Shown here: in pieces, positions 22,699-30,470 of the stretch
Layout: each line of letters begins with the position of its first letter
Position numbering within the stretch: position 1 is the stretch's first letter
Virus record (IMG/VR): IMGVR_UViG_3300037466_002533
Location: 24,763-88,762 of that record
DNA: 64,000 nucleotides
DNA from: a virus
Lineage: Duplodnaviria > Caudoviricetes
Strand: one strand, 5' to 3'
Program-made: the position numbers and the translations under genes
Notes under the pieces: model-generated
What the model saw: only the letters and a program-made list of their open reading frames with translations
What the model was told of the DNA's origin: nothing
Databases searched by the model: none

Positions 22699-22801
22699 GG
22701 GGAACAGCTATTAAGTTAGGAACGTCACCACATGCCTACTAGGATAGCCAACATCAAAATGGATCTCAGCGGATCATCCTAAGCACTATTCAGTTGTCGA
22801 G

Positions 22802-22872
22802 CACCCCATGGCGGTTACGATCCGCCTCCGCCTGACTGAGAATCAGGAAGACTGCCATTATCCGAATGGGGC
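22802..22872 (-). tRNA. trnE: tRNA-Glu(CUC), A54/U58 T-loop
   Basis: CCTGA-TTCTCAG-TCAGG; T-loop ATCGTAA. Confidence 0.85.
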
Positions 22873-23046
22873 TTGTTGTGCCGGTCGAGCGGGCCTGGTA
22901 GGCGGCCAACCACCGGCACTAGGGTAGGAATCCGGACCCTATCCGGCCCTTCCCCCAGCCACTGCCGCCCCGGCTACCACCCCGGTTTAGCATTTCCATG
23001 GGAGCAGTTTATGTCGAAAGACGACAGTTCCATACTCCAGGGAACG

Positions 23047-23119
23047 TACACCCGGCAGGACTCGAACCTGCGATAAGCTGTGTGTAAAACAGCCGCCTTA
23101 GCCGCTAGACGACGGGTGC
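23047..23119 (-). tRNA. trnV: tRNA-Val(UAC)
   Basis: GCTGT-TTTACAC-ACAGC; A73. Confidence 0.92.
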
Positions 23120-23385
23120 AAGATTTGATGAGCTACTAAGCCTGGCCGGGTACCCTCGGCAACTGTCGGCTGTTCGCTCACTGGATCGCTGAGCCTCACC
23201 GCTCCCATCCGGCTCTCCAGACCCTGGTGAGGGGCCTCGGAGCTAACGTCTCTGTGAAGTTAGGTGCCCTGTTAGCCGGGGCCAGGCCCGGGACCGTTGT
23301 TACCCATTGTCCCGGAGCAGGGGCGGAGATTATGTGTGACCCTCACCCTCTCCGCTAGGTGAGGCACGTCTTGGTGATGTCTGAG

Positions 23386-23414
23386 ACTCTACACTAAAAG
23401 ATACGGTGGCGCAA
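23386..23414 (-). promoter_or_regulatory. SigA-like promoter heading the tRNA array
   Basis: TTGCGC-17 nt-TAGAGT with TATCTTTT in the spacer. Confidence 0.65.
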
Positions 23415-23568
23415 GTGGTTTTTGAGGAGGGGATGGCTGACCCGGACTATCTATCGCCGACCACCTTCGCCCGGACCCATTGCCGACGGCTCGGCCTTCC
23501 CCTTGGTGCGTCTTTGAAGTTGTCCCTATATCTTAGACTATGGACCCTGTCTTGTCCATACTATCTCT

Positions 23569-24033
23569 TCAGTGGTTGTCGTCCAGGCGGGCCTGCAGCT
23601 CCTCCGCCGTGATGTACCCCTTCCTGAGGGACGTTAGGCCCGACTTGACCCTCCATCGATACACGGCGAAGTCCACCGTGTCGACCGGCGTCACCACCAG
23701 TTCGGCATCGTTGAACTTGACCGACATGGTGTAGCCGGTCTCCTGGGTCTCCCGGAGCATCTCCTTGGCCAGGTCATTCACGTATCGGCCGAGCGCGACG
23801 TGGCCCGGAACGGTCTTGGTGATCCCGTTGGGCTTGACCGGCTCCTTGGCAGTGATCTCCACTCCGGCCTGGTGTGCGGCGAAGGCTCGGTTCCTCCGAA
23901 CGGAGATGTCCTCATCGCCGACCTGCGGCCCAGGCATGATTCTGGCGCCGCAGGTGCAAAGGTCCGGCGTACTACCGAGCATGCCCAAGGCTGCCCGCTG
24001 GTGTTGTTCCAGCACGTCTCTGACGCTACTCAT
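23569..24033 (-). CDS. Hypothetical protein
   Basis: 154-aa ORF coupled to the upstream gene. Confidence 0.65.
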   Translation of the reverse strand: MSSVRDVLEQHQRAALGMLGSTPDLCTCGARIMPGPQVGDEDISVRRNRAFAAHQAGVEITAKEPVKPNGITKTVPGHVALGRYVNDLAKEMLRETQETGYTMSVKFNDAELVVTPVDTVDFAVYRWRVKSGLTSLRKGYITAEELQARLDDNH

Positions 24034-24034
24034 C

Positions 24035-24505
24035 TCACTCCTCCGTTCCGAAGATGTCGACGCCGTTCTCCATCATGATGATCTTGAGGATGAAGGACGC
24101 CTCTATGCCCATCATCTTCTCCACCAGGGACAGCTCCTCCTGGCAGAACCGCCAGTCGTGATTGCCGGGGGTGCGGGCGTGAGCCAGCTCGTGCAGCACG
24201 ACCAGCTCGCGCATGGCCCAGCGGTCCAGCAGTGGGATGGCGATGGTGTTGGTGTCCCGTTCATAGTGGGACTTGGTCTGACCTCGGCGCTCGCGCACCT
24301 TCGGCGGATCCATGCCCAGGATCTTGCAGACCTGTGCCAGGTAGGCCTCGATGTTGGCTAGCTGGCCGAAGTTCCGCTCCATCGGAACGATGATCTTGGA
24401 GCCAGCTATCTCAATGATCGGGTAGTCGTACTGCCGCTTCAGGATCCGGCCGAACTCGTCCTCGGCGTCGTAGACGCGCTGCCGCTGGCCGTCGCGCACG
24501 CTCAT
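24035..24505 (-). CDS. TIGR04338-family metallohydrolase (HExxH)
   Basis: RDGQRQRVYDAE N-terminus, VRERRG..KSHYE, WAMRELVVLHELAH. Confidence 0.85.
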   Translation of the reverse strand: MSVRDGQRQRVYDAEDEFGRILKRQYDYPIIEIAGSKIIVPMERNFGQLANIEAYLAQVCKILGMDPPKVRERRGQTKSHYERDTNTIAIPLLDRWAMRELVVLHELAHARTPGNHDWRFCQEELSLVEKMMGIEASFILKIIMMENGVDIFGTEE

Positions 24506-24669
24506 TCGTTACCTTCCAGATAGGTAGCGATGAGCGCCGTATCGGCGGTGTGGTACTCCACACCCGCTTCCTCAGCAGCCTCGATCGCTGCCATGCGCTT
24601 CCTCGGGGTTGCCTTGTTCCAGTCATCCAACATCTGCCTGATGATCTCGCGGATCTCCTGAACGGTCAT
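24502..24669 (-). CDS. Small hypothetical protein, probably leaderless (MTVQEIRE...)
   Basis: TGGACA-17-TAGAAT promoter (24677-24705) ends 7 nt before the ATG. Confidence 0.65.
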   Translation of the reverse strand: MTVQEIREIIRQMLDDWNKATPRKRMAAIEAAEEAGVEYHTADTALIATYLEGNE

Positions 24670-24836
24670 GATGGTGATTCTACCCTTCCAAAAGATAGAT
24701 GTCCACCGGACTCGCGAAGGTCCCGCTCGCGGCATCCCCATCCCCGGCACAGCCACACATCGACCAAGCGCCCGATCAGGGTTTTGATCACGTAGTGCCG
24801 TTGCCACCGTCCGCAGTACGGACAGGTGGGGATCAC
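24666..24836 (-). CDS. Small Cys-containing hypothetical protein
   Basis: GTG start with 4-nt overlaps on both sides; CPYC...C...C. Confidence 0.45.
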   Translation of the reverse strand: MIPTCPYCGRWQRHYVIKTLIGRLVDVWLCRGWGCRERDLRESGGHLSFGRVESPS

Positions 24837-25030
24837 TGCTCCTTCTTGGTGCCGGGCAAGCCGTCCTGGACATAGCCGCAGAACAGCATGCCGGACTCGT
24901 TGCGGTAGTAGAACATCCCCCGGGCTACGCGGGTGACCATGCAGATGTCGGGGCGGGCGGTCCCGGCCTTCGGGCTGCCGACGATCATGCTCTTGTGGGC
25001 GAACCGGTCGCCGCGCTTGATGTTGTTCAC
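24833..25030 (-). CDS. Small hypothetical protein (MNNIKRGDRF...)
   Basis: GTG start overlapping the upstream stop. Confidence 0.55.
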   Translation of the reverse strand: MNNIKRGDRFAHKSMIVGSPKAGTARPDICMVTRVARGMFYYRNESGMLFCGYVQDGLPGTKKEQ

Positions 25031-25272
25031 AGACCAGCACTTCCCATCACGATGAGTGCGACGATGATGATAGCGATCGTCAGCAGGAACAGCGACCCCA
25101 CGACGGCGTTCTCCGCCGTGGTGTGCCGGGGCTGGGGAGGGTACTGCCAGCAGCAGTCGCACAGGATGCCGTCATCGGTCGTCCAGTACTGCTGACCCTC
25201 CGGGACCGGCCGGTGGCATGTGTCGCAGTCCACCGACCGGCCCAGGACAGCCGTGAGACGCCTGGCGGTCAT
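25027..25272 (-). CDS. Small protein with CxxC...CxxC-like motifs and a C-terminal TM helix
   Basis: CDTC...CDCC; hydrophobic C-terminus. Confidence 0.6.
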   Translation of the reverse strand: MTARRLTAVLGRSVDCDTCHRPVPEGQQYWTTDDGILCDCCWQYPPQPRHTTAENAVVGSLFLLTIAIIIVALIVMGSAGL

Positions 25273-26120
25273 ACCAGGGCCTTCCGGGCACCGCCGAGGG
25301 CCGCCGAGCCCCCCAAACGCGCACGGCGGCCTGCCGAGTCACCAGCGCCGGTGGCGTGGGACGAATGCGAACCGGCCTGGCTGCCCTTCCAGGTGCCACG
25401 GGCCTTGCTGTGGGTCTTATAGAAGTCCTGGACCTCCAGCTCGGTGGCGCGGATCGCCAGGGCGGTCGAGGTGGACCCCTCAGCCACTCGACCCTCCAGA
25501 TAGTCCTGCTCGTTCCGTAGCGCCTCGTCATCCAGCGCCTGCTGCTCGGCTTGCTTCTTGGCCTCCGTCAGGCGGGTCCCGATGCGGTTGGCGTAGGCCT
25601 CCTGGAAGTTGATCCGGGCGGTCCGGCCGGACACCGGGAAGTGGCCCCAGTCGCGGTAGGATCCCCAGGCTTCGTCGTGATACGTGCCGATGCGCAAGAC
25701 CGTCTCGTTCTTGTACTCGCCCTTGCGGATGTAGGCGTCGGATGCCGCCACCATCTGCGGGAGCACGGAGGCGTAGATCGCCTCGGTCAGCTCGATGTCC
25801 TCGGCGAAACCGAAGGCGATCACGTAGGTGGAGTTGTGGGCGATGTTGAACTTGACGTTGTTCGCCCTGCCGATGGCCAGGAACAGGTCGCAGTAGGTGC
25901 CCAGGCCCTTCTTGCCAGCATCGCCGATGCTGATGGTGCGCTGGATCGGCGTCTGGCGCCGCTCTTTCTGGGCGGTGATCTGCCGGGCCTTCGCCAGGTC
26001 GATGGAGTAGGTGGTGGCCAGGCGCTGCGCGGCCTGCAGGTAGGCGTCGGCTTCGTGCTCGTTCTTGGTGCTCTCGGCCTTGCGCAGCAGGTTGCCAATC
26101 TTGACCAGGATGTCTGACAT
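25269..26120 (-). CDS. DUF2786-domain protein
   Basis: MSDILVKIGNLLRKAESTKNEHEADAYLQAAQRLATTYSIDLA; GGAGG SD; start refined from track. Confidence 0.85.
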   Translation of the reverse strand: MSDILVKIGNLLRKAESTKNEHEADAYLQAAQRLATTYSIDLAKARQITAQKERRQTPIQRTISIGDAGKKGLGTYCDLFLAIGRANNVKFNIAHNSTYVIAFGFAEDIELTEAIYASVLPQMVAASDAYIRKGEYKNETVLRIGTYHDEAWGSYRDWGHFPVSGRTARINFQEAYANRIGTRLTEAKKQAEQQALDDEALRNEQDYLEGRVAEGSTSTALAIRATELEVQDFYKTHSKARGTWKGSQAGSHSSHATGAGDSAGRRARLGGSAALGGARKALV

Positions 26121-26181
26121 GGGGCTGTGACCCTCCATGGGACGTGCCGGTCGACTGGGTGCCACCGGCGGTACAGGGACA

Positions 26182-26262
26182 ATCATACCACATGGAAAAG
26201 ATAGTCTGGCAAGACTCGCTGATCAGGATGGGTTGTGCCCTATCTTTTTGGTGTGGTAGGAT
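26182..26262. promoter_or_regulatory. Divergent SigA-like promoter pair
   Basis: Leftward TTGCCA...TGG-TATGAT; rightward TTGTGC-18-TAGGAT; TATCTTTT in both spacers. Confidence 0.7.
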
Positions 26263-26301
26263 GGATGCTGTCAGGGTCACTGCCACCCCGGGAGACACCA
26301 G

Positions 26302-26613
26302 ATGACCACCACCGTGACCGGCCAGCTCGTCTTCGAGATCGCCGCGTGCGACGGCCACTTCCGCTACAACGTTACCTTCCAGGGGCCGGACGCCTCGGCG
26401 CAGGCGATGACCTACATCGAGCGCCAGGAAAAGAAGCACCAGCGCTCGGACGGCCTGGGCCAGATCGTGTGGGACCTCGACTTCGACCGTTCCGACGAGT
26501 CGCTGGTCTCCGAGGAGCTGTCCTCCTTCCTGTGGCCGTCTTGCGAGCACGGGCTGAGCCTGCGGCTCTGCGCCGGTCCGGGCCACTACCCGATCTATCA
26601 CCCCTACAACTGA
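26302..26613 (+). CDS. Hypothetical protein
   Basis: GGAG SD; first gene of a plus-strand operon; C-terminal C..H.....C...HYP. Confidence 0.7.
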   Translation: MTTTVTGQLVFEIAACDGHFRYNVTFQGPDASAQAMTYIERQEKKHQRSDGLGQIVWDLDFDRSDESLVSEELSSFLWPSCEHGLSLRLCAGPGHYPIYHPYN

Positions 26614-26655
26614 TCCCGCCCGTCCCGATTCCCCACCTGCACGAGGAGAAGAGTC

Positions 26656-27291
26656 ATGAAGTTCGACCCGATTGCCCGAACCCTGACCCTGGAGTCCACC
26701 GACTGTCGGAACTGCTCCGGCGGCCGAGCCGGGGCAGGACGTCAGTTCGCCCGGAAGACCTGCCTGGACTGCGGCGGCTCCGGCAAGGGCAAGCGCGGCA
26801 AGCGTGGCGGCTGCAACAAGTGCATCGGCCAGGGCACGGTCATCGACTTCGACAACACGGTGCTCTGCCCGGTCTGCCAGGGCGACTTCCAGGACGCCTC
26901 GTTCGAGAACTGGTGCGATACCGCACCGTCGGCGGCCATGGCCACTCTGGAAGTCCAGGTCGTCCGGCAGAACCGGGAGACCACCTGGAACGAGCAGTTC
27001 CTCGGGGTCAACTGCTTCTGGTCCTGCACCGACTACGGCACCCAGTGGGACAAGGGCGAGGCGGGTGATCGCGAGCTGGCGGTGTCGGTGTACAACGAAC
27101 TGTGCAACAGCCGTGTGCAGGCCGTCAAGCTGTGGCCGCGCAGCCAGTACGACTCGAAGGCCACCACCATGCCGATGCCGGAGCGGGCGTACGTGATCGT
27201 CAGCCGCAGCGGCTACTCGGTGCGTCCGGAGGTCCCGCGTGTGACCGGCGCGTTGCCCCGGAACACCTACGACGCGATCATCTCGGAGTGA
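26656..27291 (+). CDS. DnaJ-type zinc-finger (CxxCxGxG repeat) protein
   Basis: CRNCSGG, CLDCGGSG, CNKCIGQG, CPVCQG; no J-domain HPD motif; GAGGAG SD. Confidence 0.75.
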   Translation: MKFDPIARTLTLESTDCRNCSGGRAGAGRQFARKTCLDCGGSGKGKRGKRGGCNKCIGQGTVIDFDNTVLCPVCQGDFQDASFENWCDTAPSAAMATLEVQVVRQNRETTWNEQFLGVNCFWSCTDYGTQWDKGEAGDRELAVSVYNELCNSRVQAVKLWPRSQYDSKATTMPMPERAYVIVSRSGYSVRPEVPRVTGALPRNTYDAIISE

Positions 27292-27293
27292 CC

Positions 27294-27722
27294 ATGACTG
27301 CCACTGATTCGTTCGACCCGGACGCCATCTCCGACAACGAGTGGACTGAGCACCCGCTTGGCCTCATGCAGGACGGCAGCTCGGTAGGGGGTGACGTGCA
27401 GGCGTCCGACCCGTGGTCTCGCCGGTTCGCCCGGCGTGCGGAAGATGTGGTGGGGCGCTTCGAGGTCCTGACGTTCTACGGCTACTGGGCCATTGACGAC
27501 ATCAACGGCAACCCGAACGAACCGGACGAGCCGCGTGGCATCACGGTGCAGGTGGAGTACGTCGAATGCACCGACCCGAACGATCCCGGCATCACCGAGA
27601 CGTATTCGAACTACCTCTACTGGGACCACCAGGAGGACGACATCACGACCGATCCACGCGAGCGCATCGAGCGCCTATCCCCGGATGACTTCTACTCGGC
27701 CATGGAGCAGGTGACGGTATGA
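27294..27722 (+). CDS. Acidic hypothetical protein (MTATDSFDPD...)
   Basis: GGAG SD; start refined from track ORF 27102-27722. Confidence 0.65.
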   Translation: MTATDSFDPDAISDNEWTEHPLGLMQDGSSVGGDVQASDPWSRRFARRAEDVVGRFEVLTFYGYWAIDDINGNPNEPDEPRGITVQVEYVECTDPNDPGITETYSNYLYWDHQEDDITTDPRERIERLSPDDFYSAMEQVTV

Positions 27723-28153
27723 CCACCACGAAGCCCTACACCTACGAGGTGGGCCAACCGGTCTACGTCATCGACCAAAGCACGAAGATGGTGCTCCGGC
27801 TGGAGGTCACCGAGATCACGCCCGGCAACAACATCCGCGTGTTCCGTCCAGAATACAACCCCCGGGGCTACACCTTCGCCAACGACGATGTCGGGGCGAA
27901 CGGAAAGGTCCGAGCCACCTCCCTGTCCTTCCTGGACGGCACCATGTTCCCCCGGGACCACCCGGAGACTCACCGGAGGTGGCTGGCCCAGGAGCTGCAC
28001 CGGCTGGTGCGGGCCACCCAGACCGCCGTCATCGGGGTAGAGCAGCACCCGTCCGACGAGACTCTGAAGGACCTGGAGAATATCATCCGGGACCTGGATG
28101 AGACCGTCGCCAGCTACCGGGGCGCCCACAACAAAGCGAAAGGACACCGATGA
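27719..28153 (+). CDS. Hypothetical protein
   Basis: ATGA coupling. Confidence 0.7.
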   Translation: MTTTKPYTYEVGQPVYVIDQSTKMVLRLEVTEITPGNNIRVFRPEYNPRGYTFANDDVGANGKVRATSLSFLDGTMFPRDHPETHRRWLAQELHRLVRATQTAVIGVEQHPSDETLKDLENIIRDLDETVASYRGAHNKAKGHR

Positions 28154-28443
28154 AGACCGAAGAACTCGGGCCGCTGACGATGGATGACGTGATCGCCCTG
28201 TCGGCCCTGTGGGACCACATCGGCCAGGCCGTTCGGTGGCTGGACACCGACGACCGGGAGCGCTGCGGGGTGATCCGGGGCCTGCGGGCCGAGGAGGGCA
28301 GCGACGGCTACGTCCGGCAGGGCCAGGACGTCCGTACCACCTACATCCGCATCACCGACATCGACACCGGCTGGGAGCTGTGGCGGGAGACCATGTGGTT
28401 CGCCAAGCTACTCACCTCTGGCCAGGCCGCACTGCGGGATTGA
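28150..28443 (+). CDS. Hypothetical protein
   Basis: ATGA coupling, AAGGA SD. Confidence 0.65.
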   Translation: MKTEELGPLTMDDVIALSALWDHIGQAVRWLDTDDRERCGVIRGLRAEEGSDGYVRQGQDVRTTYIRITDIDTGWELWRETMWFAKLLTSGQAALRD

Positions 28444-28463
28444 GCCGGGAGTGACAACCTCAT

Positions 28464-28682
28464 ATGATTATCCCTGTGATCACACGGGAGAACCTGGCCG
28501 AGGCCCTGTGCATGCAGTTCTCCGACGAGCCGGGTCTGTTCTGGAACGGTCTGTCCGACCAGAGTCAGGAGGCCTGGCTCTCCACGGCAGATTCGATCCT
28601 GAACCGGCTGGAGGTGATGCAGAACGTGGACAGGGCCGGTGTGGGTCTGCTACCGGCGCGACTCCATCAGGGTCAGGAGTAG
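28464..28682 (+). CDS. Hypothetical protein
   Basis: 72 aa, last gene of the plus-strand operon. Confidence 0.55.
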   Translation: MIIPVITRENLAEALCMQFSDEPGLFWNGLSDQSQEAWLSTADSILNRLEVMQNVDRAGVGLLPARLHQGQE

Positions 28683-28823
28683 TTCTGGGTCGATCTGGTC
28701 CACGAACGCCGCCCAGTGCTCCTGGCAGAAGAAGGTCTTCTTCTTGCCGATCTTGATCATCATGAAGTCCTCGGTCTGCACGTCGCAGGCCGAGCAGGCG
28801 CGAACCTTAGAGGTACTGCTCAT
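28650..28823 (-). CDS. Small Zn-finger-like protein (57 aa, MSSTSKVRACSAC...FCQEH)
   Basis: Read by hand (below track cutoff); CxxC...CxxH; phage-like codons; overlaps the phosphoesterase stop region. Confidence 0.6.
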   Translation of the reverse strand: MSSTSKVRACSACDVQTEDFMMIKIGKKKTFFCQEHWAAFVDQIDPELLLTLMESRR

Positions 28824-30081
28824 CAACCCACCTGTCGGTCTCGGTGATCACTGCGGACAGCATGCCGGGAGGGCAGATGGTTCCGGCGTACTCGGAGAAG
28901 TGCGGGGATCCGCCGTCCATGGTTCTGGTCTGGCGCCACAGGCAGGAGCCCCAGTTGGTTCCAGCGTCGTGGTGGAAGTGGTGCGTGATCAAGACATCGG
29001 AGTCGCCGATCGGAGTGCGTCCGGCGGCCTGCCGCATGAACCAGTTGCGGGCCTTGATCTCCGGGGAGGTCCCGGCGGTCTTGCCGAAGACGTGCCCGTG
29101 AGTGGTGCCCAGGATCCAGCCGTTGACGTTCATGGTCTTGGACAGGCTATCGGTGGCGATGTTGAAGCCGACGTGCGACAGGCGCGGATCCCGCTCGGCC
29201 GCCGCCGCAGCGTGCTCGAAGACTGCGCAGTCGTCGTTGTCGCTGAGGTTGACCCGCTCCTGCTCGATGCGGTGCTCGCCGTGGTTACCGCCGACCACCA
29301 TGACGTCGACCTTGTCGAAGTGCGGCGCCAGCCGGTCCAGCCCCTCCAGGATCAGGTTGCGGCACAGGTTGATCTGACCGCGTCGGTCAAGGTCGATCTG
29401 GTAGGCCTGATTCTTGAAGACGGCACAGTTTTCGATCATGTCGCCGCCGCCGATGATGACGAGCTGACCCAGGCCCCGGCCGATGATCCGCAGCTCCTCC
29501 ACCCTCGCGATGGCCGCGTTGAAGGATGCGTCCAGGCGCTCCACGATCTGCTGGGACCCCTCCCCCTCACGCAGCCACTTGCCGACCTGCCAGTCGTTCC
29601 AGGACAGCACGAAAGCCGCCGGGCCGTCGTACTTGGGCTGGATGCGAGTGCGGTCCTTGCGGAGTCTGAGGAGAGTGTCTACGCCGTCCTCGGGAGAGAT
29701 CTGCACGGGGATCTGCTCGACGGCGAAGCGATAGCGCCACACCGGCCGGGTGACCGCCGGTGACTTGGTGCGCTTGCTGCTGTTGTCCTCCCCCGGGTGC
29801 CCCATGAACTCCGTGTTCCGGTGCCAGGCCGCAGGGTCGTACTTGGCCTCAACCAGGCGCAGGCGATAACCATCTGGGACCGGGATGCCCATCGAAGCCA
29901 CCGCCTCGTCCCAATCCTTCTGGGCCTGCAGGTGCGGAAGTAGGTCGGTGGTGATCTCTGTCGGATATCCGTCGCCGCCGTACTTCACGCCAGGCTCGAA
30001 GCCCTTGGGGTGCGGATTCTTCCGAGCGCGCCGGGCGTCTTCGAGGTCCTTGGCCTCGGTCAGCTTCTCATACAAGCCCAT
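28807..30081 (-). CDS. Calcineurin-like metallophosphoesterase with N-terminal extension
   Basis: NDWQVGK, GGGDMIEN, GGNHGE, THGH, HHFHH metal motifs; start MGLYEKL refined from track. Confidence 0.85.
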   Translation of the reverse strand: MGLYEKLTEAKDLEDARRARKNPHPKGFEPGVKYGGDGYPTEITTDLLPHLQAQKDWDEAVASMGIPVPDGYRLRLVEAKYDPAAWHRNTEFMGHPGEDNSSKRTKSPAVTRPVWRYRFAVEQIPVQISPEDGVDTLLRLRKDRTRIQPKYDGPAAFVLSWNDWQVGKWLREGEGSQQIVERLDASFNAAIARVEELRIIGRGLGQLVIIGGGDMIENCAVFKNQAYQIDLDRRGQINLCRNLILEGLDRLAPHFDKVDVMVVGGNHGEHRIEQERVNLSDNDDCAVFEHAAAAAERDPRLSHVGFNIATDSLSKTMNVNGWILGTTHGHVFGKTAGTSPEIKARNWFMRQAAGRTPIGDSDVLITHHFHHDAGTNWGSCLWRQTRTMDGGSPHFSEYAGTICPPGMLSAVITETDRWVDEQYL

Positions 30082-30128
30082 GTCAGGGAACACCAGCCTT
30101 CTTGGAATGCGGGCTGGGTAGCAAAGAA

Positions 30129-30389
30129 TCAGTAGGCACAGGCGCACCGGTGAGCGGCATGTTCCTTGACGTGCCAATACTCGATGTCGTAAAGGGGTGT
30201 GCCGTCCTTGTTCTTCTCGGACTTGATCAGGGCGGTGACATTGGTCAGGGACACGTCCCGAACCTGGAACACTGCCTCCAGAGCCTCTCGGTCCCTCTTC
30301 GGCATTTCCGCCATGATGCTGGCAATAGCGCAACCGGTCCGACGATTCTTCTTAACCGCCGGGTCCGCCAATTTGTCAGCCAAACTCAT
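30129..30389 (-). CDS. Small protein ending H..H.CxC (MSLADKLAD...)
   Basis: GGAGG SD; directly upstream of the phosphoesterase. Confidence 0.7.
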   Translation of the reverse strand: MSLADKLADPAVKKNRRTGCAIASIMAEMPKRDREALEAVFQVRDVSLTNVTALIKSEKNKDGTPLYDIEYWHVKEHAAHRCACAY

Positions 30390-30470
30390 CCTGCTACCTC
30401 CAACTATTACGCCATCTCGGGCGCCAGTTACCACCACTGTAGCAGATAAGGATCTAAAAGATACTCTCCG

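Noticed and set aside
13900-23120. Stop-codon suppressor tRNAs or genetic-code reassignment
   Set aside because: No CUA, UUA or UCA anticodon found; long ORFs read normally and use TAA, TAG and TGA as stops
14364-23385. HDV-like (theta) ribozymes at tRNA 3' ends
   Set aside because: I could not build a nested double pseudoknot starting at any tRNA 3' end; not excluded without a descriptor search
13900-23400. CRISPR array suggested by recurring GGATTCGAACC-like repeats
   Set aside because: The repeats are tRNA T-loops with irregular spacing; no constant direct repeat and no cas genes
13900-23400. tmRNA or RNase P RNA in the array
   Set aside because: No Ala-type acceptor halves separated by ~300 nt with a tag ORF, and no GAGGAAAGUCC signature found by eye; a covariance search is needed to exclude them fully
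23433-23612. Plus-strand 59-aa ORF with a GAGGAGG SD
   Set aside because: Atypical codons, convergent overlap with a real gene and no promoter; may instead be part of a minus-strand structured region
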